From the NCBI GenBank assembly GCA_046759165.1, contig JBHIBS010000001.1:1-64000 (forward strand): a stretch of 64,000 bases of DNA, read 5' to 3'. Of this stretch, positions 43,117-53,767 are shown piece after piece (within the stretch, counting starts at the first letter, position 1; every line of letters begins with the position of its first letter). Source of the stretch: a bacterium. GTDB taxonomy: Bacteria; UBA6262; WVXT01. The notes beneath the pieces are model-generated. The model had not been told where the DNA came from, did no database searches, and worked only from the letters and a program-made list of their open reading frames with translations. The translations under genes and the position numbers were made by a program.

Positions 43117-44211
43117 TCAACCTTTCGCACCACTTCCCGAATCTATCCCACGAATATATAATAGAAGCTCTTCGGGATTACTGGCAGAAGCTAAGGCATC
43201 TTCCAGCTTAACCAGTCCCTTACTATACAATTTCTGTAATGCCTGATTGAAAGTTTGCATTCCGTAATAATCGCCCTTTTCCATACTGCCAAGAATTTCT
43301 CCCATCTTATTTTCTTCTATCAATTTCTTGACCAGCGCAGTAACAACCAGAACTTCCACTGCGGGTACTCTGCCCTTCCCATCAGCTTTGGGCAGAAGCC
43401 TCTGGGAAATCACTGCCTTCAAGGTATCAGCCAATTGCAGGCGAACTTGATTCTGTTGGTAAGGGGGAAAGAGGTCTACAATACGGGTTACGGTTTGAAT
43501 TGCGTCGATCGTATGGACCGTGGATAATACAAGACTTCCCAGCTGGGCTGCAGTCAATGCTGCAGCCATTGTGGCTAAATCTCTCATTTCACCTACTAGG
43601 ATTACATTGGGATCCTGGCGGACAATATGTTTTAAGGCTGCAGGATAATCGAGTGTATCTTCACCTAACTCCCTTTGACTTACAATGCTCTTCTTATCTC
43701 GATGAAGAAATTCAATAGGATCTTCGATTGTTATAGTATGAACCGAACGGGTGGAATTAATGTAGTCGACAATTGCAGCCAGCGTTGTAGATTTGCCACA
43801 GCCGGTCGGCCCTGTGACCAATACAAGTCCCCGCTCATTCTCTGAAATCTTCTTTAATACAGGGGGCAAATTTAACTCTTCAAAATCAGGGACTTCAAAA
43901 GGTACAGGGCGAAATACGACGTGGATAGTTCCTCTCTGGAGGAAAACATTGATCCTAAAACGGGCCAATCCCTCTATTGCATAAGACAGGTCGCACTCGT
44001 GATTTTCCTTGAAAATCTGTTTCTGCTTCTCATTTAAAACGGATAGGCCAATCCGCTCAGTATCCCGGGAACTAAGCACAGGATATGAACTCCGCACGAG
44101 TCGTCCATCAATTCGAAAAATCGGCGGACTTCCGGCACGGAGATGCAAGTCCGAAACCTTCTTATCAACCATTTCGCGTAAAAGGTCAACAATTTCCATC
44201 TCAGCTCCCAA
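43117..44211 (-). CDS. pilT: PilT/PilU family type IV pilus retraction ATPase
   Basis: SDLHL, RFRINVF, TGPTGCGKSTT, TIEDPIEF, VGEMRD, GMQTFNQ. Confidence 0.92.
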   Translation of the reverse strand: MGAEMEIVDLLREMVDKKVSDLHLRAGSPPIFRIDGRLVRSSYPVLSSRDTERIGLSVLNEKQKQIFKENHECDLSYAIEGLARFRINVFLQRGTIHVVFRPVPFEVPDFEELNLPPVLKKISENERGLVLVTGPTGCGKSTTLAAIVDYINSTRSVHTITIEDPIEFLHRDKKSIVSQRELGEDTLDYPAALKHIVRQDPNVILVGEMRDLATMAAALTAAQLGSLVLSTVHTIDAIQTVTRIVDLFPPYQQNQVRLQLADTLKAVISQRLLPKADGKGRVPAVEVLVVTALVKKLIEENKMGEILGSMEKGDYYGMQTFNQALQKLYSKGLVKLEDALASASNPEELLLYIRGIDSGSGAKG

Positions 44212-44223
44212 AAATCATCAGAG

Positions 44224-45327
44224 TTACCGGTACCCCTTCCTTCTCCGAATAAAAGTGGGCACTCGCAGGTTCTCCTTCAGATAGCCCGGCTCTCTCAGTG
44301 ACTCCTTCTTGTATTCCCATAAATCCCCTGCCAACTCTTCTTGTCTGAGTTTCTCTCCGAGAGAAGTTCGAGGTGGAGGAAAACCAGTAGCAATTACAGT
44401 AATTTTCACCTCATCTTTGAGGATCTCATCGAATGCTTGGCCAAAAAAGACATTTGCTGCAGAGGAAGAAGCATTGTGAATTAAGTCCATTGCCTCCTTA
44501 ATTTCAAACATCGTAATATCTCTATTTCCGGTGATATTGACCAAAATACCTTTGGCGCCTGCAATAGAAACATCTTCTAACAAAGGGCAATTTATAGCTG
44601 CCTTAGCCGCCTTAATTGCTCTATCTTTCCCGCGTCCCCGTCCCATTCCCATTAACGCCTCTCCGGCACCAACCATAATCGTTTTCACATCAGCAAAATC
44701 AACATTAATCATTCCATGTGATGTAATAATCTCTGAGATACTCTGTACTGCCTGACGCAGAACATCGTCAGCCACTTTAAAGGCATCCAGAGCCGGGGTA
44801 GTTTCATCAATAATGGCAAACAGTCTCTGGTTCGGGATAACGATCAAAGTATCGACCTTTTTCTTCATTATTTTCAATCCTTCCTCAGCCTGCTTAAAGC
44901 GAATGGGCCCTTCAAACATAAATGGCTTAGTAACCACTCCTACGGTCAGAGCCCCCAAATCTTTAGCTATCTCTGCGACAACTGGCGCGCCTCCTGTGCC
45001 GGTCCCCCCTCCCATACCCACGGTGATAAATACCATATCAGCACCTGCAAGGGTTTCCCTAATTGCATCCCGGTCTTCCTCGGCAGCCTGGCGACCTTTC
45101 TCAGGATCCCCTCCCACTCCCAAACCCTTGGTAAGATTGGCTCCCAATTGTAAGCGATATCCAGCCAGAGAATCACGAAGAGCTTGGGCATCGGTGTTTG
45201 CTGCAATAAACTCCACACCTTTTATCCCGGAGACAACCATGCGCTTGATTGCATTGCCTCCTCCGCCACCAATGCCTATAACTTTTATATTTGCAGTAAG
45301 GTCGACGTCCTGCTTGAACTTTAACAT
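44224..45327 (-). CDS. ftsZ: Cell division protein FtsZ
   Basis: [31 protein letters not shown]. Confidence 0.99.
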   Translation of the reverse strand: MLKFKQDVDLTANIKVIGIGGGGGNAIKRMVVSGIKGVEFIAANTDAQALRDSLAGYRLQLGANLTKGLGVGGDPEKGRQAAEEDRDAIRETLAGADMVFITVGMGGGTGTGGAPVVAEIAKDLGALTVGVVTKPFMFEGPIRFKQAEEGLKIMKKKVDTLIVIPNQRLFAIIDETTPALDAFKVADDVLRQAVQSISEIITSHGMINVDFADVKTIMVGAGEALMGMGRGRGKDRAIKAAKAAINCPLLEDVSIAGAKGILVNITGNRDITMFEIKEAMDLIHNASSSAANVFFGQAFDEILKDEVKITVIATGFPPPRTSLGEKLRQEELAGDLWEYKKESLREPGYLKENLRVPTFIRRRKGYR

Positions 45328-45405
45328 CCCACCTCCAATAAATCAGGGATAATCACGGATTAGAAGCCGCTAATTCAAACGAACATTCGTGCCCATTCGA
45401 CTTTC

Positions 45406-46635
45406 TTAAAAGACCTCTTCGAGCCAGTGTTTTATCTTGCGGAAGACAGAGGGTCTCTTTCTTCCTGTGAATCTCCTCTCATAAATAGGAAATTCATCTT
45501 TTTGGGCATATTTAATCAAGCCAATGGCTGTAGCATAGACTGGACTACAGATAACCTCTGAAAGTCCCTCCACCTTCTGGGGCACACCCAATCTCATAGG
45601 CAGGTCCAAAATCTCTTCAGTAATCTCTTTAACCCCTGATAGCAAAGCGCCGCCTCCTGTTAGAATCCCTCCAGCAGGTATTAAATTCTCCCTGCCTATT
45701 TTTGCCATCTCTTCGCGGACAAAAGTAAAGATTTCCTCTATCCGCGGCTGGATAATCTCGCAGAGTTTACTGGTCAGGATTGTCTGTCGGGATTTACCAT
45801 CCATACTCAAGATATTTATTTCCACATTATCGGAAATCATCTTCATTTGGGTACAGCCAAATTCCTTCTTAATCCTTTCTGCTTCTGAGAGAGGGACATG
45901 AAGACAGTGAGCTATATCTTTTGTAATCACGTCACTTCCAATTGGAAGTGCTCTGGTGGCTTTGAGACCTCCTTCAACGAAGATGGCTAAATCCACAGTC
46001 TGTCCACCGAAATCGATAAGCACACATCCCAAATCTTTCTCCTCAGGGGTAACTACAGTTTCTGCTGCAGCTAATACGCTCAAGACTATGTTCTCTACTT
46101 CCAAGCCATTTCTATTAATACATTTGATAAGGTTGTTTATTGTGGTGGAGACTCCTGTTACAATGTGGACATGGACTCCCAGGTGACTGCCTTCCATTCC
46201 TACGGGATCCATTACTCCCCTCTGACCATCAACCACGAAGCCCTGAGCGAGGGTATGGATGATTTCCCGCTCGGGAGATAACCGAATGGCCCGGGCTGAA
46301 TCGATGACTCTTAATATATCCTCTTCAGCGATCTCTTTATCAGAACGAGAAATCATAATTGCTCCCTGATGATTGAAACTTTCGATATGACCACCGTCAA
46401 TTCCTACGTAAACCGCTTTAATGGAAGTATTTGCCATTCCTTCTGCTTCATCTATAACTTGACCTATGGCGCGGGTGGTCTCCTCAATGTTAACCACTAC
46501 ACCGTTCCGTAAACCACGACAGGGTATCCTAGCTGATCCTATTATTTCCACTTCTGGTTTCTGGGTAACTTTACCTACAAGAGCACAAACATTGCTTGAG
46601 CCTACATCAAGACCAATAATTATTTTCTGTTTCAT
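45406..46635 (-). CDS. ftsA: Cell division protein FtsA
   Basis: GLDVGSS, GVVVNIE, AERIK, LTGGGALL. Confidence 0.97.
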   Translation of the reverse strand: MKQKIIIGLDVGSSNVCALVGKVTQKPEVEIIGSARIPCRGLRNGVVVNIEETTRAIGQVIDEAEGMANTSIKAVYVGIDGGHIESFNHQGAIMISRSDKEIAEEDILRVIDSARAIRLSPEREIIHTLAQGFVVDGQRGVMDPVGMEGSHLGVHVHIVTGVSTTINNLIKCINRNGLEVENIVLSVLAAAETVVTPEEKDLGCVLIDFGGQTVDLAIFVEGGLKATRALPIGSDVITKDIAHCLHVPLSEAERIKKEFGCTQMKMISDNVEINILSMDGKSRQTILTSKLCEIIQPRIEEIFTFVREEMAKIGRENLIPAGGILTGGGALLSGVKEITEEILDLPMRLGVPQKVEGLSEVICSPVYATAIGLIKYAQKDEFPIYERRFTGRKRPSVFRKIKHWLEEVF

Positions 46636-46709
46636 TGTTTCAATGACCTTTTATTTTGCATCAATAGGTTTCTTTACAACCTCTCAAAGTCCGCGCTACA
46701 AAATACGTC

Positions 46710-47471
46710 TTAACCTACAATTATTTCTCCTTTCCCATCTCTTAGAAGTCGCAAGTCGATATAGTTAAAAGTTTTACTATTCTTTAGCAAATCCTTGAGG
46801 ACTAAATTTAAATAAGTCAACTTCTTCTCCACTTCGGTTTCTGTCTCTTTTCCCACAGGACCCCAGATAAGTGAGGCATGGTCAATTTTCAGTTTAATTT
46901 TTCTTGGATTGTTACCATCTATGTATGAAATTTTCTTATAAAACCGAAAGTCAACTACCATAACCTTAGCTAAGAAATTCACGACCTCTTTCCTGACGAG
47001 GGAATCTTTAGCTCCCAAAATTTTCGGTATCTTTCTTGCCTTCCCAAAAAACGTTATTCCCGTTTTGTCTATTAGCTTCACCTTATTAGAATGGACATTC
47101 TCTTCCCCCCCAAGCTGCGCAATGGGAACCCTCTCAGTAATTTTTAGGACTATCTTGTCAGGAAAATCGCGATGAATATCTATGTCCTTAATCTGCTCTA
47201 AACTTCTTAACTCTTTTCTTGCCTGTCTTAATTTAACTTTGAATATATTCTCTCCTTTCTTTATGTCGAGTACCGAGAGAATATCTTTTCTATTAATATC
47301 GTGATTCCCTTCTATTCTTACCTCTTCTATTTTAAAATATGCAGAATGAATGAGGAAGTTGTAAATTTCATATCCTGAAAAAAGAAGCGTAACCAATAAC
47401 AGAGTGAATTTCAAAACTCCAAAAAATCGTCTTCTCCATAAAATTCTTTTCCGCCACCTTCTGACTCTCAA
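46710..47471 (-). CDS. ftsQ: Cell division protein FtsQ/DivIB
   Basis: Basic N-terminus, one TM, POTRA (FKI..V.I.GN, FPD.I...I.ER.P), YIDLR. Confidence 0.9.
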   Translation of the reverse strand: MRVRRWRKRILWRRRFFGVLKFTLLLVTLLFSGYEIYNFLIHSAYFKIEEVRIEGNHDINRKDILSVLDIKKGENIFKVKLRQARKELRSLEQIKDIDIHRDFPDKIVLKITERVPIAQLGGEENVHSNKVKLIDKTGITFFGKARKIPKILGAKDSLVRKEVVNFLAKVMVVDFRFYKKISYIDGNNPRKIKLKIDHASLIWGPVGKETETEVEKKLTYLNLVLKDLLKNSKTFNYIDLRLLRDGKGEIIVG

Positions 47472-47484
47472 TGCTCATCAACCC

Positions 47485-48423
47485 TCAATCTAAGGCATAG
47501 GATAGAATTTCAACCACCAGTTGCTTAAAATCTATCCCTGCTACAGCTGCAGCTTCTGGCAGGAGACTAGTCTCAGTCATCCCGGGAATTGTGTTAACTT
47601 CTAAGAGATAAATTTTGCCTTCTCCATCCATTACCATATCTACACGAGTTGCGCCTCTACAACCCAAGGCAGAGTGAGCAGAAAGAGCCAGAGATTGGGC
47701 CAACTCGTACTGCTCCCGTTGTAATTTAGCGGGCACAATGTGCTTCGACATTCCCGGTTCATACTTTGCCTGATAGTCATAAAATGCCGTCTTTGATACA
47801 ATCTCTATTACGGGAAGAGGTTCATCTCCCAGAATTCCTACTGTAATTTCTCTTCCTTCAATGTATTCTTCAATTAATATCTTATTTCCATATCCAAAGG
47901 CAAGATTTATGGCACTATCCAGACCACTTCGCTCTCGAACTACAGTCACTCCAATAGTTGAACCTTCCCTGGCTGGCTTGACAACTACGGGGTAGTCCAG
48001 CTCTTTCAGTATATTACCAGCAGTTTTCATTCTTTTCTCAAGGACCTTGTATTTTGCCATGGGCAGGTTATGATAACTGAAGACCTCTTTGGTATAAACT
48101 TTATCCAAGGCCAGCGCACTGGCCAATACCCCAGAGCCTGTATAAGGAATACCCATTATCTCGAGAAGCCCTTGAATTGTTCCGTCTTCCCCGAGCTTCC
48201 CGTGGAGAGCAATGAAAGCCAAGTCTATCCTCTCTTTTGCCAGCCTTAAGGCTATCTCTCTATCCACATCGAGCTTCGATACATTTAACCCAAGGAAGAC
48301 TAACGCTTTGTAAACAGCATCTCCTGTCCTAAGAGACACTTCCCTTTCTTGAGAACTTCCTCCACAAAGTACTCCTATCTTCTTCACCCTTAACTTACCG
48401 AGTATCTCTTTCATCCATTTCAC
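47485..48423 (-). CDS. ddl: D-alanine--D-alanine ligase
   Basis: GG.S.EREVS, LHG..GEDG, YDYQAKY, EVNTIPGMT. Confidence 0.97.
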   Translation of the reverse strand: MKWMKEILGKLRVKKIGVLCGGSSQEREVSLRTGDAVYKALVFLGLNVSKLDVDREIALRLAKERIDLAFIALHGKLGEDGTIQGLLEIMGIPYTGSGVLASALALDKVYTKEVFSYHNLPMAKYKVLEKRMKTAGNILKELDYPVVVKPAREGSTIGVTVVRERSGLDSAINLAFGYGNKILIEEYIEGREITVGILGDEPLPVIEIVSKTAFYDYQAKYEPGMSKHIVPAKLQREQYELAQSLALSAHSALGCRGATRVDMVMDGEGKIYLLEVNTIPGMTETSLLPEAAAVAGIDFKQLVVEILSYALD

Positions 48424-49321
48424 CCACCACTCTCAATTCCAATTCAAGATCTATATCGAATTTTTCCTTAATAGTTTCCCGAATTTTTTCGATTAAATTG
48501 TACGCATCTTTAGCTTTTGCCCTGCCGCAGTTAATGATGAAATTTGCATGTTTTTTTGATACTTCAGCATCTCCAAATCTGGCTCCCTTTAGCCCTGCGG
48601 TTTCAATTAATTTTCCCGCCTCGCAATTTTCCGGATTCCTGAAAACGCAACCAGCATTAAGGGCAGAAATAGGTTGATTCCTTTTTCTCTCCTTAAGACT
48701 TTCTTTGATTTTATTTATAATATCACTTTTCTTGCCGTTTTTCAACCCTAGTTTCACCTCCAAAATTATGGCTTTATGGGGTAACTCACAATGCCTGTAA
48801 GAGAAACTTGTTTCTTCTCTCTTTAAAGTTTTCACCTTTCCATCACTGAAAATTTTTATCTCTCTCATAACATCGCCAACGGAACCCATTCTGGTGCCTG
48901 CATTACTAACAATTGCGCCACCGAGACTTCCTGGAATTCCTGAGGCGAATTCTAAACCAGCCAAGCCTCTCTTAGCCAATTTTTCAACTAGTTTATTCAA
49001 TTTCACTCCGGCGCCGGCTGTTACCTCTTGACCTTTTATGAAAAACTTCTCAAACTCGCCTTTCAATTGAATTACCAAACCACCGAATCCCTCATCTGAA
49101 AAGAGCACATTGGTGCCCTCTCCTAAAATAAAGAAATCCAAGTTCTCTTTCCGGGAAAATTCAATTATATTAGTAAGCTCTTCAATGTTTCTCAATTCCA
49201 GAAAATAGCCCGCAGGACCGCCTATGCTGAGAGAAGTATGCCTGGAAAGGGGTTCGTCAACTCTCACTTTATTTACTACTCGTTTTTGCAATTCATTTAA
49301 TATATCCATCGAACCCAACAC
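48395..49321 (-). CDS. murB: UDP-N-acetylmuramate dehydrogenase
   Basis: IGGPA, GIPGSLGGA..NAG, FSYR, AGCVFRNP, HANF. Confidence 0.96.
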   Translation of the reverse strand: MLGSMDILNELQKRVVNKVRVDEPLSRHTSLSIGGPAGYFLELRNIEELTNIIEFSRKENLDFFILGEGTNVLFSDEGFGGLVIQLKGEFEKFFIKGQEVTAGAGVKLNKLVEKLAKRGLAGLEFASGIPGSLGGAIVSNAGTRMGSVGDVMREIKIFSDGKVKTLKREETSFSYRHCELPHKAIILEVKLGLKNGKKSDIINKIKESLKERKRNQPISALNAGCVFRNPENCEAGKLIETAGLKGARFGDAEVSKKHANFIINCGRAKAKDAYNLIEKIRETIKEKFDIDLELELRVVGEMDERDTR

Positions 49322-51499
49322 CTAGGTCCTCTCACGATTTTCTTCCCAGATGGGTAGGAAGATAGTAAACTTGGTTCCTTTCTCTACTTCGCTCTCTACA
49401 TTTATTTCCCCATTGTGGTCTCTTATTATACGATAAGCCATTGACAATCCCACTCCTGTTCCTTTGGAGCCCTTGGTGGTAAAGAAGAGGTCGAACAGTT
49501 TATCTAGGTTCTCTTTAGAAATTCCGCAACCATTATCTGCTATTGTTATCTCGACCTTTTCCGGATTATCTTTTCCAGCACTTGCTGAAATGGTGAGTTC
49601 TCCTTTCTTACCAGCCATCGCCTCGCAGGCATTTATAATCATATTCAAAAAGACCTGTTCCAGCTGGACACCAATCCCTTTTATCTTGGCCAAATCTTGG
49701 GGAATATCTTTACTTACATTAATACCTCCCCGAGAAATTTGATACTGTGCTAAGCCCAGGGCATCTTCCATTACAGAATTCAAGTCTGTCGGCAGAAAGT
49801 CCCTATCAGAAGGTTTAGCATAGCCCCTTATCCTCTGGATGAGCTTAGCCGCCCTGTGAGCAGTCTCCACCATCTTCTCCTGTCTGTCCCTTATGGTTTG
49901 CAGGATTTCTTTCTCCCTTTCAGTCAGATTTGCTTGACTGAAATCTTCCTTTATGTCACGGATGCACAACTCAGCGCCCATACTGACAATGGCTAAAGGG
50001 TTATCTATCTGATGGGCAAAGCCAGCAGCCAACTCCCCAACGGAAGAGAGCCTAGCCGCCTGAATCATTGTCGCTTGAGACTCTTTAAGTTCCTGATAGA
50101 ATTGAGCATTCTCAATCGCTAAAGCAGCCTGCCCGGCTAAAATCTTAAACATGTCTAAATCGTCAGGCGTATAAATCTCTTTGGAGCGCTTTGTACCCAA
50201 CACTAAAAAGGCAGTCAGCTCTTCACCGATGAAAGCAGGCAATAATAGAGATGCCCCCATACTTCTCAATTGTGTTTCCACTTCTCCCAGGTGTTCTCGC
50301 TCGCTGGTCTGAAAATGGCTGATAACTTCCTCTTTCAAAATAGGTCCTCTATCTCTACTTCTGGATAGTATCTGAATTAAAGGAGCATCTTTAGATAGAG
50401 AATCTCCGACCTGTTTTCTTCTCTCTTTGCCATAGCGAATCTCCCGCACATATTGATTGGTTCTCTTATCCCATAGATAAATGCGGGCATGACTGATTCC
50501 GATTTCCTTCGTCACATCACGAATGATTAAAACCAAAAGGCTCCTTAGATCTTTGGTCAAAGTCATTTGCTTTGCCAAGTTTATTAAGTTTTGTTGGTAT
50601 ATCCTTTGCTTCTTTAAAAGGATTCTATTAGCTCTCTCCTGGAAGTAATGACTTATGGTAGGAGCAACAAAAGCGAGTAATTCACACCCAGCCACACCAG
50701 CTGGCACAAGCCACCAATAAGTACCAAAGTACCGATATAAAAAAGGCCGATGAAGAACAAGAAGTAACGGTGGAATTCCTAAAAAGATAGAGTAAACGGT
50801 TGTAAATATCGCCGTCTTAGTGACCGCCGCGGTAATATCCATCAGCCGCGTCGTAATGATTGCATAAGTTATTATAATAGGATATAAGAAAACTAAATAA
50901 TGACCAAATGGAAATATCGGGATATTATAAATCAATGGATAGTTGGTCGCTCCTCCACCGAATCCAATAATAGAAGCTAACAAGATATATCTTATCTGGT
51001 TACGCTTGTACCCAGAGACCTCTTTATACTTTGTGAGCATAATATAAATAGAATAGACAACGCACGAAGAGAATGTTAAAAGGAAGAAGTGGTACACGAC
51101 ACCAGGTTGCGGATAATACCTAAAGGAAAGCTTAGGGACTATGTCTTTAATAAAGAAAGGAGTCAAATTAAAACTTAGAAGGACTAGACCGATTAAGTAA
51201 ACGCATTTAATTAATCTTTTCCGTTTCTCTCGGAGATCCAAAAACGAATGAACAAAATCGAGAAAAAATACAGGAATCAAAGTAGCACCAGAATAAAGAA
51301 CTCGTGTCCAAAATAGAGCTTTCCCCTTGTCAATCGAGAGCAACAACATAAAATAGGCAAATCCCCAAATAAATATGCTCATGCTTAACAAGCACCATAT
51401 TTTGTTTGTAAATTGTTTTCTATTCTTAAAATATACGAATAATCCAAGAATTAAACCGATTATTGCGGTTATTAAACATGATAGTGCAAAGTACATCAA
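49322..51499 (-). CDS. Membrane sensor histidine kinase (7TM-type N-terminus, GAF, HisKA, HATPase)
   Basis: Multiple TM helices; GAF ending AALAIENAQ; H-box AHQIDNPL; N-box NACEAM; DNGCGI, FFTTK, GTGVGL. Confidence 0.92.
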   Translation of the reverse strand: MMYFALSCLITAIIGLILGLFVYFKNRKQFTNKIWCLLSMSIFIWGFAYFMLLLSIDKGKALFWTRVLYSGATLIPVFFLDFVHSFLDLREKRKRLIKCVYLIGLVLLSFNLTPFFIKDIVPKLSFRYYPQPGVVYHFFLLTFSSCVVYSIYIMLTKYKEVSGYKRNQIRYILLASIIGFGGGATNYPLIYNIPIFPFGHYLVFLYPIIITYAIITTRLMDITAAVTKTAIFTTVYSIFLGIPPLLLVLHRPFLYRYFGTYWWLVPAGVAGCELLAFVAPTISHYFQERANRILLKKQRIYQQNLINLAKQMTLTKDLRSLLVLIIRDVTKEIGISHARIYLWDKRTNQYVREIRYGKERRKQVGDSLSKDAPLIQILSRSRDRGPILKEEVISHFQTSEREHLGEVETQLRSMGASLLLPAFIGEELTAFLVLGTKRSKEIYTPDDLDMFKILAGQAALAIENAQFYQELKESQATMIQAARLSSVGELAAGFAHQIDNPLAIVSMGAELCIRDIKEDFSQANLTEREKEILQTIRDRQEKMVETAHRAAKLIQRIRGYAKPSDRDFLPTDLNSVMEDALGLAQYQISRGGINVSKDIPQDLAKIKGIGVQLEQVFLNMIINACEAMAGKKGELTISASAGKDNPEKVEITIADNGCGISKENLDKLFDLFFTTKGSKGTGVGLSMAYRIIRDHNGEINVESEVEKGTKFTIFLPIWEENRERT

Positions 51500-51501
51500 T
51501 T

Positions 51502-52644
51502 TTATACCACCGATAATTTCACACTCAGATAATTTACGACGTGTTTTAGGGAGGGAGGACAGCCCTCTAAGTGCTCTACATTATTCTTTTTACACCATTC
51601 TTGTGCACAATCTCCTATGCCTATGCATTTACCCATTCGCGAGACGTCCAATCCATGGCAGTTTCCAAATACTACATCTGTTCTGAATAAATGTGACCTC
51701 GTAAAGAGGGAGAAACTGGGAATAAATTTTCTTTTTATTTCTTTGCCTGCTCTATCAAGGTTGATGATGCACCTCGAACATGCACTAGTCGGCCAAATGT
51801 ATAGTTTTTTTCCCTTTAGAATAAACCTTGTAGCCGGGACGAATTTGACCATTCTGTCTTCATTCTCTCTGATTTTACTCTCCTGGACAAATTTTCCAGC
51901 CCCAATATTTTCTGCTATACAAATATGTTTTACACGTGAATAGTCTAGTCCTATCATCGCCGCCGCAAACGAATCAATCTCAACCATATCGTCACCACAG
52001 AAGACCAGATTTGCTGTTCTATCCTTACCATGATGTGGTCCATTTTCTTCCATTCCTGTAATGCCTTCTATCATATTTAGGGTTGGCTTAATAATTTCTC
52101 CTAGATACGCAATATATCTATCCAAATCCAGCTTGTGCATCTGGAGCTTATTAACCGACGGTAACACCCCCATTTGGTTTTTCAGGGATAGTGTTACTCC
52201 TGTTTCCATATGCGTCTTAAGCTTCGCTAGGTTAATGTAGCTGTCGACTTCAGTCAAAATTTCAGGTATCATAAAGGTTATTTGCTTACATTTTACCTTC
52301 CTCCTTTTGGCCTTGTCTAAATTTAAAAGGGTTACTCCTCTAAGAGAGGCGAATTGTTGAAAATTAGAAAGTTTAAGGATTCGTTCGAAAGGATAAGGCT
52401 GTTCAGGAGTTCCTATGAGAGAAGTATGTCCAATTATAACTTTACAGTTTCTTCCTAACAAAAAGGCAAGCAGTTCTTTCATAAAATTCGCATCGGTATT
52501 TTCACTTTTATAAATTGGGACTCTACCTCCCAAGTTTGGCTTGATAAAAATCTTGCCCCTAGGTTTGAACCCCATCTTATTGAAAAGGCTTTCAACATGA
52601 CTTCTCAGATCTCCTCCGCCATACTTTTCTAAGAGGACAGCCAT
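51502..52644 (-). CDS. DUF362 family protein with Cys-rich Fe-S C-terminus
   Basis: IKPNL, INLAKLKTH, TLSLKNQMG, GMEENGP; CSRC, GNC, GDC, GCPP. Confidence 0.88.
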   Translation of the reverse strand: MAVLLEKYGGGDLRSHVESLFNKMGFKPRGKIFIKPNLGGRVPIYKSENTDANFMKELLAFLLGRNCKVIIGHTSLIGTPEQPYPFERILKLSNFQQFASLRGVTLLNLDKAKRRKVKCKQITFMIPEILTEVDSYINLAKLKTHMETGVTLSLKNQMGVLPSVNKLQMHKLDLDRYIAYLGEIIKPTLNMIEGITGMEENGPHHGKDRTANLVFCGDDMVEIDSFAAAMIGLDYSRVKHICIAENIGAGKFVQESKIRENEDRMVKFVPATRFILKGKKLYIWPTSACSRCIINLDRAGKEIKRKFIPSFSLFTRSHLFRTDVVFGNCHGLDVSRMGKCIGIGDCAQEWCKKNNVEHLEGCPPSLKHVVNYLSVKLSVV

Positions 52645-52879
52645 TTTTCGGAACCTTCTTTTTCCTCTCCCCTGTCTGGATAGTTAAGACAAGATTGTTT
52701 TATTCATTAGAAATACTCTTCCGCGACTCTCTTGCTTAGCGGCCTTCTTAGCTTTTTTGGATTGACAATATTGAGTTTCCGCATACGCCCAAATATACTG
52801 GTTCTAATTTATAGGCGATAACATACCTTCGGGGTCATGTTTTTCAACCCGGTTTTAGCTTTTTCTACCCCAATTCTAA

Positions 52880-53767
52880 CTATGTAGAAAAAGTCTTGGG
52901 TATTTGCGATAGGTTCGATATTTTGTCCATGACCTCATCTGCCATTTTTTGCAATGTATTTTTACTGGTCTTTTTGCCGAAGTACTTATTTAGAAAAATC
53001 TGCTCACCTATGCGGACTTTACACCTGCGAGAAAGACGGGGAAAAGGCACATCTCTCGGGAATACATCAAATGTCCCTGTAATGCCCACAGGGATTATTG
53101 GGACCCTTGCTACTATTCCAAGTTTTACAAATCCTAGTTTCCCTCTCTGAATTTTTCCATTTATAGATCTACTTCCTTCCGGGAATATTACTACCACTTT
53201 ATTTTGCTGCAAAATCTTCACTACTTCTCTAAAATATTTTACTCCAGGTTCTTCTCTGTCCAAGTAAATCCTCTCGTTATATCTCATAAACCATCTTAAA
53301 ATCGACACTCGATGTAATTCCCGTGCTGCCAAAAAATATAATCTTCTTCTTATTACAGCAGATATAATAAAGAAATCAAGATAACTAGCGTGATTTGCCA
53401 CAATGATAGCACTATCTAATTTCGGCACACTCTCTATACCTTCTACTTCCCGTATCCAAAAAAGATAAAGAATTGCCCTTACTATTGGCTTTGTTAACAG
53501 ATAAAAGACTCTTACGAGTAGTGGAGTTCTACGGTCAAATGCCCTGCGTTCGGATTTTGATCTCCTGTCGAGGAAATCGATCTCTATTTTTTTGACCCTT
53601 CGTTCCTTACGTCTACGTTCCCTTTGTTTACGGCTGTTCATGTATACATTTTGCTTCTGATAAGGGTCTTCAATCAACCTATGTTTAATTTTATAACTTG
53701 CAAAATTACCCAGCATCTCGTCATCTTTAGTATACATTTTGCCAAGAATGTGCCAGATTTTGCCCAT
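52880..53767 (-). CDS. PlsC-family lysophospholipid acyltransferase with Arg-rich N-terminal segment (start may be ATG 53641)
   Basis: NHASYLD, FPEGSRS, VPIIPV acyltransferase blocks. Confidence 0.9.
   Translation of the reverse strand: MGKIWHILGKMYTKDDEMLGNFASYKIKHRLIEDPYQKQNVYMNSRKQRERRRKERRVKKIEIDFLDRRSKSERRAFDRRTPLLVRVFYLLTKPIVRAILYLFWIREVEGIESVPKLDSAIIVANHASYLDFFIISAVIRRRLYFLAARELHRVSILRWFMRYNERIYLDREEPGVKYFREVVKILQQNKVVVIFPEGSRSINGKIQRGKLGFVKLGIVARVPIIPVGITGTFDVFPRDVPFPRLSRRCKVRIGEQIFLNKYFGKKTSKNTLQKMADEVMDKISNLSQIPKTFST

Noticed and set aside
52650..52875. Possible gene fragment between the acyltransferase and DUF362
   Set aside because: Only short interrupted frames with no identifiable family.
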